Source of the DNA: Arcobacteraceae bacterium
GTDB taxonomy: Bacteria > Campylobacterota > Campylobacteria > Campylobacterales > Arcobacteraceae
NCBI GenBank assembly: GCA_048268245.1
Contig: JBLWVX010000004.1
Span: 64,001-128,000 of the forward strand
DNA length: 64,000 nucleotides
Direction of reading: 5' to 3'
A model generated the notes under the pieces. That model had not been told where the DNA came from, searched no databases, and saw nothing but the letters and a program-made list of their open reading frames with translations. A program made the position numbers and the translations under genes. The first letter of the stretch is position 1, and the number at the start of each line of letters is the position of its first letter. Shown here piece after piece: positions 22,601 to 33,349 of this stretch.

Positions 22601-23707
22601 GAATTCGTCAAAGATATATTTCGACTCATGTGGCCCTGGAGATGCCTCTGGGTGATGTTGTACTGAGAAGATATCTTTATTTTTATATTTTACACCTTCT
22701 ATAGTTCCATCAAATAAGTTTTTATGAGTAATCTCAGCAATTTGCTCAATTGAATCTGGAACATTATAGTTATGGTTTTGTGCAGTAATTTCTACAACCA
22801 TTGTTTTAGGGTTTGCAACTGGATGATTTCCACCGTGTTGTCCAAATGGTAATTTATATGTATCATGCCCATGAGCAATTGATAACATTTGGTGTCCTAA
22901 ACAAATAGCAAACATCGGAATACCTGCTCCAATTAGTTTTTGTACTTCTTTTTTCTCTTCTGTTAAAGTAAGTGGATCACCTGGTCCATTTGATAAGAAA
23001 ATACCACCGATTTCTTTAGCTTCAAATCTAGCTATTAAATCATCAGCTTTAAACGTTGATGGAACAACTTCAACTTCTAATCCTGATTGAACTAATTCAT
23101 TTAAGATATTTCTTTTTACACCAAAGTCAACAACAACGATTTTTTTATCACTCATTACAGCTTTATTGTAAGCTTTTGATTCATGATTCCAAGCTCCACT
23201 TTTGTGAATATAAGGCTCTTTTGTAGATACTTGTTCTATATAGTTAATATCTTCAATTCTTGGACTTTCACTTAGTTTTTTAGCTAATTCATCTTTATCA
23301 GAAATTTCAGTTGAAGCAATCATCATCATTGCACCTTCATCTCTAATCATTTTAGTTAAGTATCTTGTATCAATTGCTGTAATACCTAAAACATTATGCT
23401 CTTTTAAAAGTGAATCTAAATCACCTTGCGCTCTATAGTTTGAGTATTTATGATGATAGTTTCTAACTAATACACCTTTACAGTATGCTGTTTTACTTTC
23501 CATATCATCTTCATTTACACCAACATTTCCAATTTCTGGCATTGTAAATGTTACAAACTGTCCTGCGTATGATGGATCAGTAATGATTTCTTGGTAACCT
23601 GTTAATGACGTATTAAATACTACTTCTCCAACAGATGTACCAGTTGCACCAAAAGATTTTGCTTCTAAAAATGTTCCGTTTTCTAAGTAAATCCAAACTT
23701 TTTGCAT
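22583..23707 (-). CDS. carA: Carbamoyl-phosphate synthase small subunit
   Basis: GEVVFNT...YQEIITDPSY, LSNGPGDP, ICLGHQ, QHHPEASPGPH. Confidence 0.98.
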   Translation of the reverse strand: MQKVWIYLENGTFLEAKSFGATGTSVGEVVFNTSLTGYQEIITDPSYAGQFVTFTMPEIGNVGVNEDDMESKTAYCKGVLVRNYHHKYSNYRAQGDLDSLLKEHNVLGITAIDTRYLTKMIRDEGAMMMIASTEISDKDELAKKLSESPRIEDINYIEQVSTKEPYIHKSGAWNHESKAYNKAVMSDKKIVVVDFGVKRNILNELVQSGLEVEVVPSTFKADDLIARFEAKEIGGIFLSNGPGDPLTLTEEKKEVQKLIGAGIPMFAICLGHQMLSIAHGHDTYKLPFGQHGGNHPVANPKTMVVEITAQNHNYNVPDSIEQIAEITHKNLFDGTIEGVKYKNKDIFSVQHHPEASPGPHESKYIFDEFAKIVK

Positions 23708-23708
23708 C

Positions 23709-24260
23709 TTATATTAACCCTCTTTTAATTAATTCTTCTTCATATAGTCTATGATAAACTAAATCATAATCCTCAGTCCCTGGTATTAACTTTCTTTTAT
23801 AGTTTTTAAGCTTAGCTAATACCATTGAGTCTGCTTCTTCAAAACCTTTCATAAACTCATCGATTGATGAGAAAATGATATTTTTAACTTGATTGTCAGA
23901 GCAAGTATAATGAATATAATCCTCTTCCCATAAAAAGTCTAAAACTTGATGGGCAATATCAGAGAATCTATCTTCATTATTTAAAATAACACCAAAATCA
24001 TTTGCTAATCTTTTTTTAGTCATCCAAAAAAGTTGCCTTCTATCAGCATTTAACATTTCAATTTCTTCATCTTGTCCATCAAGAATATCATCAACTTTTT
24101 CGTCTAATTCAAACTCTTTTTCTATATCAGCATCCATGATTCTTTCTATTTGTGCTTCTATAGCATTTTTATCTTTTCTTACCTCTACGAAATCACAATT
24201 AATGATGTCTCTTGTAATTCTTCTAGAGATATATGGTGTATGATGTAATTTGATTCTCAT
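23709..24260 (-). CDS. DUF507-family protein
   Basis: Ends KRKLIPGTEDYDLVYHRLYEEEL; lies between purA and carA. Confidence 0.75.
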   Translation of the reverse strand: MRIKLHHTPYISRRITRDIINCDFVEVRKDKNAIEAQIERIMDADIEKEFELDEKVDDILDGQDEEIEMLNADRRQLFWMTKKRLANDFGVILNNEDRFSDIAHQVLDFLWEEDYIHYTCSDNQVKNIIFSSIDEFMKGFEEADSMVLAKLKNYKRKLIPGTEDYDLVYHRLYEEELIKRGLI

Positions 24261-24264
24261 CGTA

Positions 24265-25518
<1,254 letters not shown>

Positions 25519-25524
25519 TTAATC

Positions 25525-26370
25525 CTAATCCTCTAAAATTTTTAATAAACTATCTGTGTATAGGGCAAAACCTAATGAACAAGTACCTTCACTTGAATAC
25601 ATACCACCCTTACATACTGTTAAATTATCGCTAATTACTCTATAATAAACACCATTGTAATACTTTAATGAACCATAATATAATGGAGCAATTACTGTAT
25701 TGTTGTAGTTAACTTCACTTGCTTTTTCAAGTAGTTTTTCTAACTCTGCTTTTATTGATATTGGAACTATTGAAATTACATTTTTTAAATCTTCAATATT
25801 TTTCACTTTAATAAGTTCATTTAGCCATTTACAATCTAATTTAAACAGTGATGCTATTTCACCATTTTTAAATAAATCAATATCAATATTTAATTCACTT
25901 GCTACAAGTTTTGGAATATTGATATTTGATATTTGGAAAACTGGTTCTAAATCTAATGCTTTTAAAATGTCTGCTGTTAAGTTCATAACATCAGAAATAT
26001 TATCATGACCTATCCATTCACAACCTATTTGATACTCTTCATTTGATGGATAAGTAAACACTGGCTGAACATAAAACCATTTTTTATGATCTGTTGTTCT
26101 TCCTAATCTTTTTGAGATAATTCTTACTACATCTAAAGTAGAATCAGCTCTTAAAGATACTTGTTCATTATCCTCATCCGAAAACTTAATAAGCTTTTTT
26201 TCATCAGCAATTGACTGATGTTGTGAGTATGAAAAGTTAGGTGTTAGAATCTCTTCAAAACCATTTTTGTCCAATATTTCACAAACTTTATTTTCTAAAG
26301 TTCTTTTAGCTTTAGCAGCCTTTGCAAAATATAATCTACTTCCCTTTGGTATTTCGTGTTCAAAAACCAT
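25525..26370 (-). CDS. hisZ: ATP phosphoribosyltransferase regulatory subunit
   Basis: HEIPKG, LRADSTLDVVR, YQIGCE, LKYYNG; directly upstream of purA. Confidence 0.85.
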   Translation of the reverse strand: MVFEHEIPKGSRLYFAKAAKAKRTLENKVCEILDKNGFEEILTPNFSYSQHQSIADEKKLIKFSDEDNEQVSLRADSTLDVVRIISKRLGRTTDHKKWFYVQPVFTYPSNEEYQIGCEWIGHDNISDVMNLTADILKALDLEPVFQISNINIPKLVASELNIDIDLFKNGEIASLFKLDCKWLNELIKVKNIEDLKNVISIVPISIKAELEKLLEKASEVNYNNTVIAPLYYGSLKYYNGVYYRVISDNLTVCKGGMYSSEGTCSLGFALYTDSLLKILED

Positions 26371-26375
26371 AACTG

Positions 26376-27485
26376 CTAGTTTCCTTTAAACATTTGTTCA
26401 AGGAAAACTCTATTTGCAGTTCCATCAAATGTTCTTAAATTTAGTTCATCCATAGCAAGTTCAATTGCATTTACAGCCCAAGCTGCCTCGTAATCTTCAA
26501 CTAATCCCATATGATTAACTCTAAAGATTAATTTTTTGATATGGTCTTGTCCACCTGCGATATTTACATTATATTTAGTTTTTAAAACTTTTCTTATTTC
26601 TGGTGCATGCTCTGTATAAACAGTTGTCATAGCATTAGCAGGACTTTGAGGGAATATCTCACATCCAATTGCTTTTAAAGCTTCTCTTGAAGCCTTTGCT
26701 CTTAATGCTGTTTTTTCATATAAAGCATCATATCCACCATTTTCTTTTATATGTGATAAAATCTCTTTTAATCCAATGATTAAAGTCGTAGCTGCTGTCC
26801 ATGCTGTAGTATTTGTTCTTTGTTTTTTAATCTCAGTTGCTAAATTAAAGTAAAAGCCTCTTGCTTTACTTTCTACTTTTTCAACTGCTGCATTTGATAA
26901 ACCAATTACTGCTAAACCTGGTGGTAACATTAAAGCTTTTTGACTTCCTGTAATAACTGCATCTAAATTTGAAGTATCAATTTTTTCAACACCAATTGCA
27001 GTAATTCCATCAGCTACAACTGTGATATCTTTATTTATTTTTTTAACTTCTTGTGCAATTTGCTCAACAGGGTGTCTTAATCCCCCTGCACTTTCACATA
27101 GTTGAATAAAAACGGCATCTATTTCACTGTCATTTTTAACAGCTTCAACTACTGCTTCAACACTTACAGGTACATTCCATTCATTTTTAATTTCAGTATA
27201 ATCAATATCAAAAGCTTTACAGATTTTTCCGAATCTCTCACCAAACTTCCCTGAGTTTACAGTAAGAGCTTTTTTATGAGTTAAGTTTGTAACACAAGCT
27301 TCCATAGCTCCTGAACCACTTGATGCAAGCATTACAACCTCATCCATTCCATATAATTCAAATAGTAATTCTCTAGTTTCAGCAAATATTGCTTCAAACT
27401 CTGGCGTTCTATGGTGAATAGTTACATCAGCCATCGCCTTTCTTACAAATTCTGGTACTGGAGTAGGACCTGGAGTTAATAGCAT
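26376..27485 (-). CDS. Class V PLP aminotransferase (serine-pyruvate/alanine-glyoxylate type)
   Basis: LLTPGPTPVP, GKFGERF, GSQKALMLPPGL, RVNHMG. Confidence 0.9.
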   Translation of the reverse strand: MLLTPGPTPVPEFVRKAMADVTIHHRTPEFEAIFAETRELLFELYGMDEVVMLASSGSGAMEACVTNLTHKKALTVNSGKFGERFGKICKAFDIDYTEIKNEWNVPVSVEAVVEAVKNDSEIDAVFIQLCESAGGLRHPVEQIAQEVKKINKDITVVADGITAIGVEKIDTSNLDAVITGSQKALMLPPGLAVIGLSNAAVEKVESKARGFYFNLATEIKKQRTNTTAWTAATTLIIGLKEILSHIKENGGYDALYEKTALRAKASREALKAIGCEIFPQSPANAMTTVYTEHAPEIRKVLKTKYNVNIAGGQDHIKKLIFRVNHMGLVEDYEAAWAVNAIELAMDELNLRTFDGTANRVFLEQMFKGN

Positions 27486-27602
27486 TTCATATTCCTTAAT
27501 TTTCTTTCTTTATAGCAAAACATGATATTTTAGCTAATAATTTATTATTAAACGGTTAAGCAAATAAAATAACAAATTTTATTGAAAAACTGTTATTTTC
27601 TC

Positions 27603-27631
27603 TTGACAAATAAATTTTTTTCTTGTAGAAT
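27603..27631 (+). promoter_or_regulatory. Sigma70-type promoter of the histone-H1-like gene
   Basis: TTGACA (27603-27608), 17 bp, TAGAAT (27626-27631). Confidence 0.7.
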
Positions 27632-27700
27632 CTCTATAATTTATTACTTTTATACAGAAGTAATAGTAAAAAACCATAATAATAACAAAGGAAATAACAA

Positions 27701-27889
27701 ATGGCAAAAGAATTAAAAGAAAAAAAAGTTGCAAAAATAGCTAAGAAAGCTACTAAAAAAGTTGTATCTAAGAAAAAAGACGTAAAAGCAGTTGCTAAAA
27801 AAGTTACTAAAAAAGTTTTAAAATTAAAACCTACTAAAGTAAAACAAGCTAAAAAAGCTGCTAAAAAAGTTGCTAAAAAAGCTGCATAA
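27701..27889 (+). CDS. Lys/Ala-rich histone-H1-like basic protein, 62 aa
   Basis: 27 of 62 residues are Lys, VAKK/AAKK repeats; has its own promoter, AAGGA RBS and terminator. Confidence 0.75.
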   Translation: MAKELKEKKVAKIAKKATKKVVSKKKDVKAVAKKVTKKVLKLKPTKVKQAKKAAKKVAKKAA

Positions 27890-27915
27890 TTAAGCACTTT
27901 TTTAATACCCTTCTT

Positions 27916-27947
27916 AAAAAGGTAGTACATTTGTACTACCTTTTTTT
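27916..27947 (+). terminator. Intrinsic terminator
   Basis: AAAAAGGTAGTACA-tt-TGTACTACCTTTTTTT. Confidence 0.85.
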
Positions 27948-28009
27948 ATACCCTTTTAACACTAAATAAACTAAAATATTCAATTAAATTTAATACAAAG
28001 ACATACATC

Positions 28010-28633
28010 ATGGAACTAAATGTTTGGATTACATTACTTCTTGCTTCAATTGCTATTTCTATATCACCAGGAGCAGGTGCTGTTGTATCAATGAATCATG
28101 GGATTAAATACGGATTAAAAAAGTCATATCCTGCTATTTTTGGATTACAAGCTGGATTATTAGCTCAAACTTTCATAGTTGTTATTGGTCTTGGTGCTCT
28201 TATTGCAAAATCTGTAATGCTTTTTAATATAATCAAATGGATTGGTGTTGCTTACTTAGTCTATTTAGGTCTTTCAAAATTTTTGGAAAAAGTTGAAGTA
28301 ATTGATCATGAAAATCATCTAAATAACTACAATGCAAAGAAATCTTTTATTAGTGCCACATTAATAAATCTTACAAATGCAAAAGCTACAGTTTTTTTAG
28401 TAGCATTTATTCCCCAGTTTTTAAATCCAAATGAGTCTTTATGGCTTCAATTTGCAATAATCGGTCTTACTTTATGTATAATTGATATTTTTGTAATGAC
28501 AGGATATTCAGGGCTTGCTTCTAAATTGAAATTTTTAATAAAAGATGTAAAAGCTATGAAAATTCAAAATAGAATTACAGGAAGTTTTCTAATTTTAGCT
28601 GCTATTTTTATGTCAACAGCAAAAAAATCTTAA
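28010..28633 (+). CDS. LysE/RhtB-family amino acid exporter
   Basis: ISPGAG, IKWIGVAYLVYLG, NLTNAKA, FIPQF. Confidence 0.9.
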   Translation: MELNVWITLLLASIAISISPGAGAVVSMNHGIKYGLKKSYPAIFGLQAGLLAQTFIVVIGLGALIAKSVMLFNIIKWIGVAYLVYLGLSKFLEKVEVIDHENHLNNYNAKKSFISATLINLTNAKATVFLVAFIPQFLNPNESLWLQFAIIGLTLCIIDIFVMTGYSGLASKLKFLIKDVKAMKIQNRITGSFLILAAIFMSTAKKS

Positions 28634-28718
28634 ATTTTCAAAATTTATCTAAAGGGCTTAAAATAGTACTTTAGATAAAAACAAACTATTAGTTGATACT
28701 TACTTTTTATAAATACTC

Positions 28719-28748
28719 TTGACAAATAGTACTAATTAGTACTATAAT
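28719..28748 (+). promoter_or_regulatory. Promoter with embedded 20-bp palindromic operator (probable MarR site)
   Basis: TTGACA, 18 bp, TATAAT; ATAGTACTAATTAGTACTAT at 28726-28745. Confidence 0.8.
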
Positions 28749-28767
28749 TTCAAAAGGAGTTAAAAAC

Positions 28768-29220
28768 ATGAATACGCAATCAATTAAAAGTTATGGAAAA
28801 AGAACAGATAAATCTATGAAAACTATTGTTAGAATAGAGAAATTTAGAACCAAATTTCATAATAAACTAATTGACTACTTGAATGGTTTTGACTTGACGT
28901 TTAATCAGTTTAAAGTACTAGAAGTGCTTTATCATAGAGGTGATTTAAATATTAGTTCAATTACAAAACTTACTATGAGTACACCTGGTAATATTACAGT
29001 TGTTGTAAAAAACCTAAAAAGAGATGGATGGATTACAGCGATAAAAGACCCAGAAGATAGTAGAGCTTCAATTTTAACTATCACTCAAAAAGGGATTAAA
29101 ATAATTGAAGAGTTATTTCCAGATCACGCAAGAAATGTGTATAAACTATTAGAAGTTTTAAGTGATGATGAATTAGATACTTTATATGAACTTCTAAATA
29201 AAGTTTATAAAGCAAATTAA
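28768..29220 (+). CDS. MarR-family transcriptional regulator
   Basis: LTFNQFKVLEVL, GNITVVVKNLKRDGWI, DPEDSR...LTITQKG. Confidence 0.92.
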   Translation: MNTQSIKSYGKRTDKSMKTIVRIEKFRTKFHNKLIDYLNGFDLTFNQFKVLEVLYHRGDLNISSITKLTMSTPGNITVVVKNLKRDGWITAIKDPEDSRASILTITQKGIKIIEELFPDHARNVYKLLEVLSDDELDTLYELLNKVYKAN

Positions 29221-29235
29221 AAAATTTTAAACTAT

Positions 29236-29250
29236 TAGTACTAACTAGTA
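29236..29250 (+). promoter_or_regulatory. Second copy of the putative MarR operator, upstream of the yceI-like gene
   Basis: TAGTACTAACTAGTA, 14/15 identical to the core of the 28726 palindrome. Confidence 0.65.
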
Positions 29251-29293
29251 GCAAAAAATATCTATAAAATTATATAAAAAAAGGACAAATAAA

Positions 29294-29863
29294 ATGACAA
29301 AATTAGTAAAATTAGGATTAGCTTCAATTTTAAGTGCAGGAGCATTATACGCAGGAACATACAATGTAGATACAAGCCACTCAAATGTAGGATTTAAAGT
29401 AAAACATATGATGATTTCAAACGTAACTGGGAAATTTGATACATTTAATGGTTCATTTGATTATGATGAAAAAACAAATACATTAAAATCATTAAGTGGT
29501 GTAGTTGAAGTAAAATCAATCAATACTGCAAACGAAAAAAGAGATAAACACTTAAAAGATAGTGATTTCTTTGCAGCTGATAAATACCCTCAAATTAAAT
29601 TTGATTTAAATAAAGTAGAAGATGATAAAGCTTATGGAAAATTAACAATGAGAGGTGTTACTAAAGATGTTGTTTTAGATGTTGAAACAAATGGAACAAT
29701 TAAAGATCCTTGGGGAAATACTAGAGCTGGTTTAGTCCTTGAAGGAAAAGTTAATAGAATGGATTATGGAATTAAATATAACTCTGTTTTAGAAGCAGGT
29801 GGTGTTGCAGTTGGTGAAAAAGTAAAGCTAATTGTTGAACTAGAAGGTATCTTAAAAAAATAA
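29294..29863 (+). CDS. YceI-family periplasmic lipid/isoprenoid-binding protein
   Basis: Signal peptide; DTSHSNVGFKVKH, RDKHLKDSDFF, DPWGNTR. Confidence 0.93.
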   Translation: MTKLVKLGLASILSAGALYAGTYNVDTSHSNVGFKVKHMMISNVTGKFDTFNGSFDYDEKTNTLKSLSGVVEVKSINTANEKRDKHLKDSDFFAADKYPQIKFDLNKVEDDKAYGKLTMRGVTKDVVLDVETNGTIKDPWGNTRAGLVLEGKVNRMDYGIKYNSVLEAGGVAVGEKVKLIVELEGILKK

Positions 29864-29872
29864 GGATATATT

Positions 29873-30652
29873 ATGTACCCATCACTATTTATTTCACATG
29901 GAGCACCAAATATAATATTAGGTAATTCCTTTTCAAAAAAAAATATAAAAAAGTTTACAAAAACTCTTAAGAAACCAAAATATATTATTATCTTTTCAGC
30001 TCATTATATAACCAATGACTTAAAGATTTTGGATTATGAAAAACCTGAACTATTGTATGATTTTTATGGATTTGAAAAAGAGTTATATTCGTATAAATAC
30101 GAAATAAATAGTGATAAACTTTGTTCTCTTAAAGTTTTGAAGCATTTAAATTCCCATAATTTAAATGCTTCCATACACAAAGGTAAAAATAGTTTTGATC
30201 ATGGAGTATGGACAACCTTATCTATGATGTATGAAAAATTAGATATTCCTGTTATTCAAATAAGTCTACCTAGAAGTTTTAGTGATGAACAACTAATAAA
30301 CTTAGGAGAAATACTAAAAGAGTTAAAAGATGAAGCCATGATAATTACTAGTGGAGGATTAACTCACAACTTAGCGAATATGAGTGCAAATCCTGCTGTA
30401 AAAAAATATGCAAAAGATTTTAATGATTATATATATGATGCTATAACTAATGGTAAAAAACAAGAGTTATTAAAAAGTAGAAATGAACCTACTTTTTATA
30501 TGAATCATCCTACTGATGAACACTTTTTACCACTATTTATTGCATTTGGTAGTGCTAATAATAAAAAAGGAACTTCATTTAATAGTGAGATTGTTTATTC
30601 AAATATCTCAATGGAATGTTTTGCTTTTGATATAAAGGATTTGAAATGTTAA
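29873..30652 (+). CDS. LigB/DODA-type extradiol dioxygenase (YgiD-like)
   Basis: LFISHGAP, SAH, DHGVW, SGGLTHNL, HPTDEHFLPL. Confidence 0.9.
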   Translation: MYPSLFISHGAPNIILGNSFSKKNIKKFTKTLKKPKYIIIFSAHYITNDLKILDYEKPELLYDFYGFEKELYSYKYEINSDKLCSLKVLKHLNSHNLNASIHKGKNSFDHGVWTTLSMMYEKLDIPVIQISLPRSFSDEQLINLGEILKELKDEAMIITSGGLTHNLANMSANPAVKKYAKDFNDYIYDAITNGKKQELLKSRNEPTFYMNHPTDEHFLPLFIAFGSANNKKGTSFNSEIVYSNISMECFAFDIKDLKC

Positions 30653-31350
30653 AAAAATTACCAAAAGAAAATATGGGAACTTCAAACCTTGGATGGCTAG
30701 AGAGTAGATTTCACTTCTCTTTTGCTGAATATAGAAATCCTGAAAATATAAACTTTGGCGTTTTAAGAGTATTAAATGATGATATTGTTCATCCACAAAG
30801 TGGCTTTGATATGCACCCACATGAAAACATGGAAATCATCTCTTATGTAGTTGATGGAGAGATTACACATAAAGACTCTATGGGTAATCAAGAGACTCTA
30901 AAAAAAGGAGAAGTTCAATATCTAAGTGCAGGTGATGGTATTTTTCATAGTGAGCACAATCTTCATAGAAGTAAAGATTTAAGACTCTTACAAATATGGG
31001 TTTATCCTCCAAAAAGAGGACTTCCTAGACTTTATGGTTCTCATAAATTTACAAAAGAAGAAAGAGAAAACAAACTTTTAAATATAGTATCTTCACAAGA
31101 TGGAAATGCAAAAATAAAAATCTATCAAGATGTACAGTTTTATGTAAGTGAACTTGAAAAAAATAAAAGCATAAAGTTTGATATAACCGAGAATAAACAA
31201 GTTTATTTTGTTTTGATTGAAGGAATAGCTTTAATAAATGGTATTGAATTAAACCATGGAGATGCTATGGAAATTACAAAAGAGAGCAATCTTGAAATCA
31301 AGGCTACTGAGAACTCACACTTTCTTTTTATTGAAATGAAAGAAGAGTAA
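30646..31350 (+). CDS. Pirin-family protein (YhhW-like)
   Basis: FGVLRVLNDD, HPHENMEI, HKDSMG, GIFHSE, LQIW. Confidence 0.93.
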   Translation: MLKKLPKENMGTSNLGWLESRFHFSFAEYRNPENINFGVLRVLNDDIVHPQSGFDMHPHENMEIISYVVDGEITHKDSMGNQETLKKGEVQYLSAGDGIFHSEHNLHRSKDLRLLQIWVYPPKRGLPRLYGSHKFTKEERENKLLNIVSSQDGNAKIKIYQDVQFYVSELEKNKSIKFDITENKQVYFVLIEGIALINGIELNHGDAMEITKESNLEIKATENSHFLFIEMKEE

Positions 31351-31365
31351 AACTCCTCTTTTCTA

Positions 31366-32076
31366 TTAAGATAAAATCTCTTCTACAGTGATATAATCAC
31401 CTACTCTACCTGTCATTTTCTCTACATCAGTATTTACTGGTAGTGTTTTTTTACCAGGAACCCATCCAGCAGGACAAACTTCTCCAGTTTTTTCTGCATA
31501 TTGCCATGCTTTCACTTGTCTCAAAAACTCATTTACATTTCTTCCAACCATCGGAGCTTGAACTTCTTGAGCAACTACTGTTCCTTCTGGATTAATTAAA
31601 AATCTTCCTCTAAGAGCAATACCCTCTTCTTCAATCATAACACCAAATGCTCTACTAACAGTACCTGTTGGGTCAGCTCCTATTGTTAATTTTAATCCTT
31701 CTAATAAAGGTTCTGTTTCAACAAACCTTTTATGTGAAAACTTTGTATCTGTAGAAACAGCTAAAATTTCAACACCTAACTCTTGAAACTCATCATATTT
31801 TGCATTCATTGCAGCAATTTCAGTTGGACACACAAATGTAAAGTCAGCTGGATAGAAACAAACTACATGCCATTTACCTTTATAATCATCACTTTTTACT
31901 TCTACATAATGTCCTGATTTTGAATCATATGCATCCATCTTAAACTCTGGGGCTTTTCTTAAAACTAAACTTGAACTCATTTTATTTTCCTTTTTATTGT
32001 TTTCTTGTATTTCATTTTCATTGTTAATAACTGTTTTATTTTTTTCAATTGGTTTTGAACCTGTATCACAAGCCAT
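31366..32076 (-). CDS. 2-Cys peroxiredoxin (AhpC/PrxU-like) with N-terminal extension
   Basis: FYPADFTFVCPTE and GEVCPAGW; second in-frame ATG at 31980. Confidence 0.9.
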   Translation of the reverse strand: MACDTGSKPIEKNKTVINNENEIQENNKKENKMSSSLVLRKAPEFKMDAYDSKSGHYVEVKSDDYKGKWHVVCFYPADFTFVCPTEIAAMNAKYDEFQELGVEILAVSTDTKFSHKRFVETEPLLEGLKLTIGADPTGTVSRAFGVMIEEEGIALRGRFLINPEGTVVAQEVQAPMVGRNVNEFLRQVKAWQYAEKTGEVCPAGWVPGKKTLPVNTDVEKMTGRVGDYITVEEILS

Positions 32077-32277
32077 CTTATTTCCTTAACTTGATTTATA
32101 AAGGATAATATTTATCCTTTGATAAAAGTATTCTATATGAAACTGTTTTAAATTTTGCTTAAAATTATAATTATATTTTATTTAATAAATATAATTTATA
32201 CTTATATTTTTACTAATTATAAATCAACTAATCTAAGATATGATAAAATAAAAGCATATAAAATACAGGTAATAAAA

Positions 32278-33312
32278 ATGAAACACAAAATACTACTAAA
32301 TGGGGTAGGAAGAATTGGAAAAGCTATTTTAAAACAATTACTTGATAATTCTGACTTTGAAATAGTTGCAATAAATGAAATAAACCCCTATATCAAAAAT
32401 ATAGTTTATTCCATAAATCATGACTCTACTTATGGAAATTTAGAAGATAAATTTAAAGTTCTAAATGAACATACAATAAGTAATTCACAAAATAAAATTA
32501 AAATATTAAACTATAAAAATTTAAATGAAATAGATTTAAAAAATATAGACTTTATTATAGATGCAAGTGGTGTAAAACATGATATAAAAGAACTTGAAAA
32601 ACTTGATGTAAAAGCTATATTTTTAACTCACGCGAATCAAAATGCTCATAAAAACATCATTTTAGGAGTAAATGAAAAAGAACTAGATACAAATATACAC
32701 AAAGTAATATCAACAAGTTCATGTAATGCTACAGCTTTACTTCCAGCCCTTAAAATAGTAGATGATTTAAAACAGATAGTTTGCGGAGATATTGCAACTA
32801 TTCATCCTTTGTTAAATCATCAAAGGGTTTTAGATGGAAACTTTGTAGGAAGTGCTACAAGAGATGTGGATTATAACTTTGAGTTTGGTAGGTCATCAAC
32901 TCAAAATATCATACCAAATAATACTACAACTATTAAAGCCTGTTCTTTTGCCATGCCATCAATCAACCATGATTTAATTTCATCAAACTCGCTTAGAGTT
33001 CCAACTGATACAGTAGGAGCTATAAATGTGTGTTTATTCACACAAAAAGATACCTCAAAAGAAGAGATTATTAAAGTATTTGAAAATTATGAGAAAAATC
33101 AAAACTACCCAATAGTTTTAAACAACTATGAACCACTTGTATCAAGTGATTTTAAAAAAGAGAATTTTACAACTATAATTGACCATAGATACACAGATGT
33201 AAAAAACAAAAAAATGATAAAACTTTTAGTTTGGTATGATAATGAATGGGGTTATGCTTCAAAAACAATAGAGATTTTAAAATACTATACACATAAAAAA
33301 AGGGCAAGCTAA
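32278..33312 (+). CDS. Divergent GAPDH/erythrose-4-phosphate dehydrogenase-family protein
   Basis: Start moved to the ATG at 32278 (MKHKILLNGVGRIG); HDSTYG, SSCNAT, RVPT, WYDNEWGY. Confidence 0.8.
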   Translation: MKHKILLNGVGRIGKAILKQLLDNSDFEIVAINEINPYIKNIVYSINHDSTYGNLEDKFKVLNEHTISNSQNKIKILNYKNLNEIDLKNIDFIIDASGVKHDIKELEKLDVKAIFLTHANQNAHKNIILGVNEKELDTNIHKVISTSSCNATALLPALKIVDDLKQIVCGDIATIHPLLNHQRVLDGNFVGSATRDVDYNFEFGRSSTQNIIPNNTTTIKACSFAMPSINHDLISSNSLRVPTDTVGAINVCLFTQKDTSKEEIIKVFENYEKNQNYPIVLNNYEPLVSSDFKKENFTTIIDHRYTDVKNKKMIKLLVWYDNEWGYASKTIEILKYYTHKKRAS

Positions 33313-33329
33313 AAGCTTACCCTTTTTTA
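33295..33329. terminator. Bidirectional terminator
   Basis: AAAAAAAGGGcAAGCT-aaa-AGCTTaCCCTTTTTT between convergent genes. Confidence 0.7.
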
Positions 33330-33349
33330 TATCTTGGCAAAAGTTTATA

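Noticed and set aside
27634..27930. 98-aa minus-strand hydrophobic ORF
   Set aside because: Antisense shadow of the Lys-rich gene. Promoter, RBS and terminator all support the plus strand.
31820..31835. Selenocysteine in the peroxiredoxin
   Set aside because: The peroxidatic codon is TGT (Cys); there is no in-frame TGA.
32155..32277. 41-aa N-terminal extension of the GAPDH-like ORF
   Set aside because: TTG start in AT-rich promoter DNA. The Rossmann motif begins right after the ATG at 32278.
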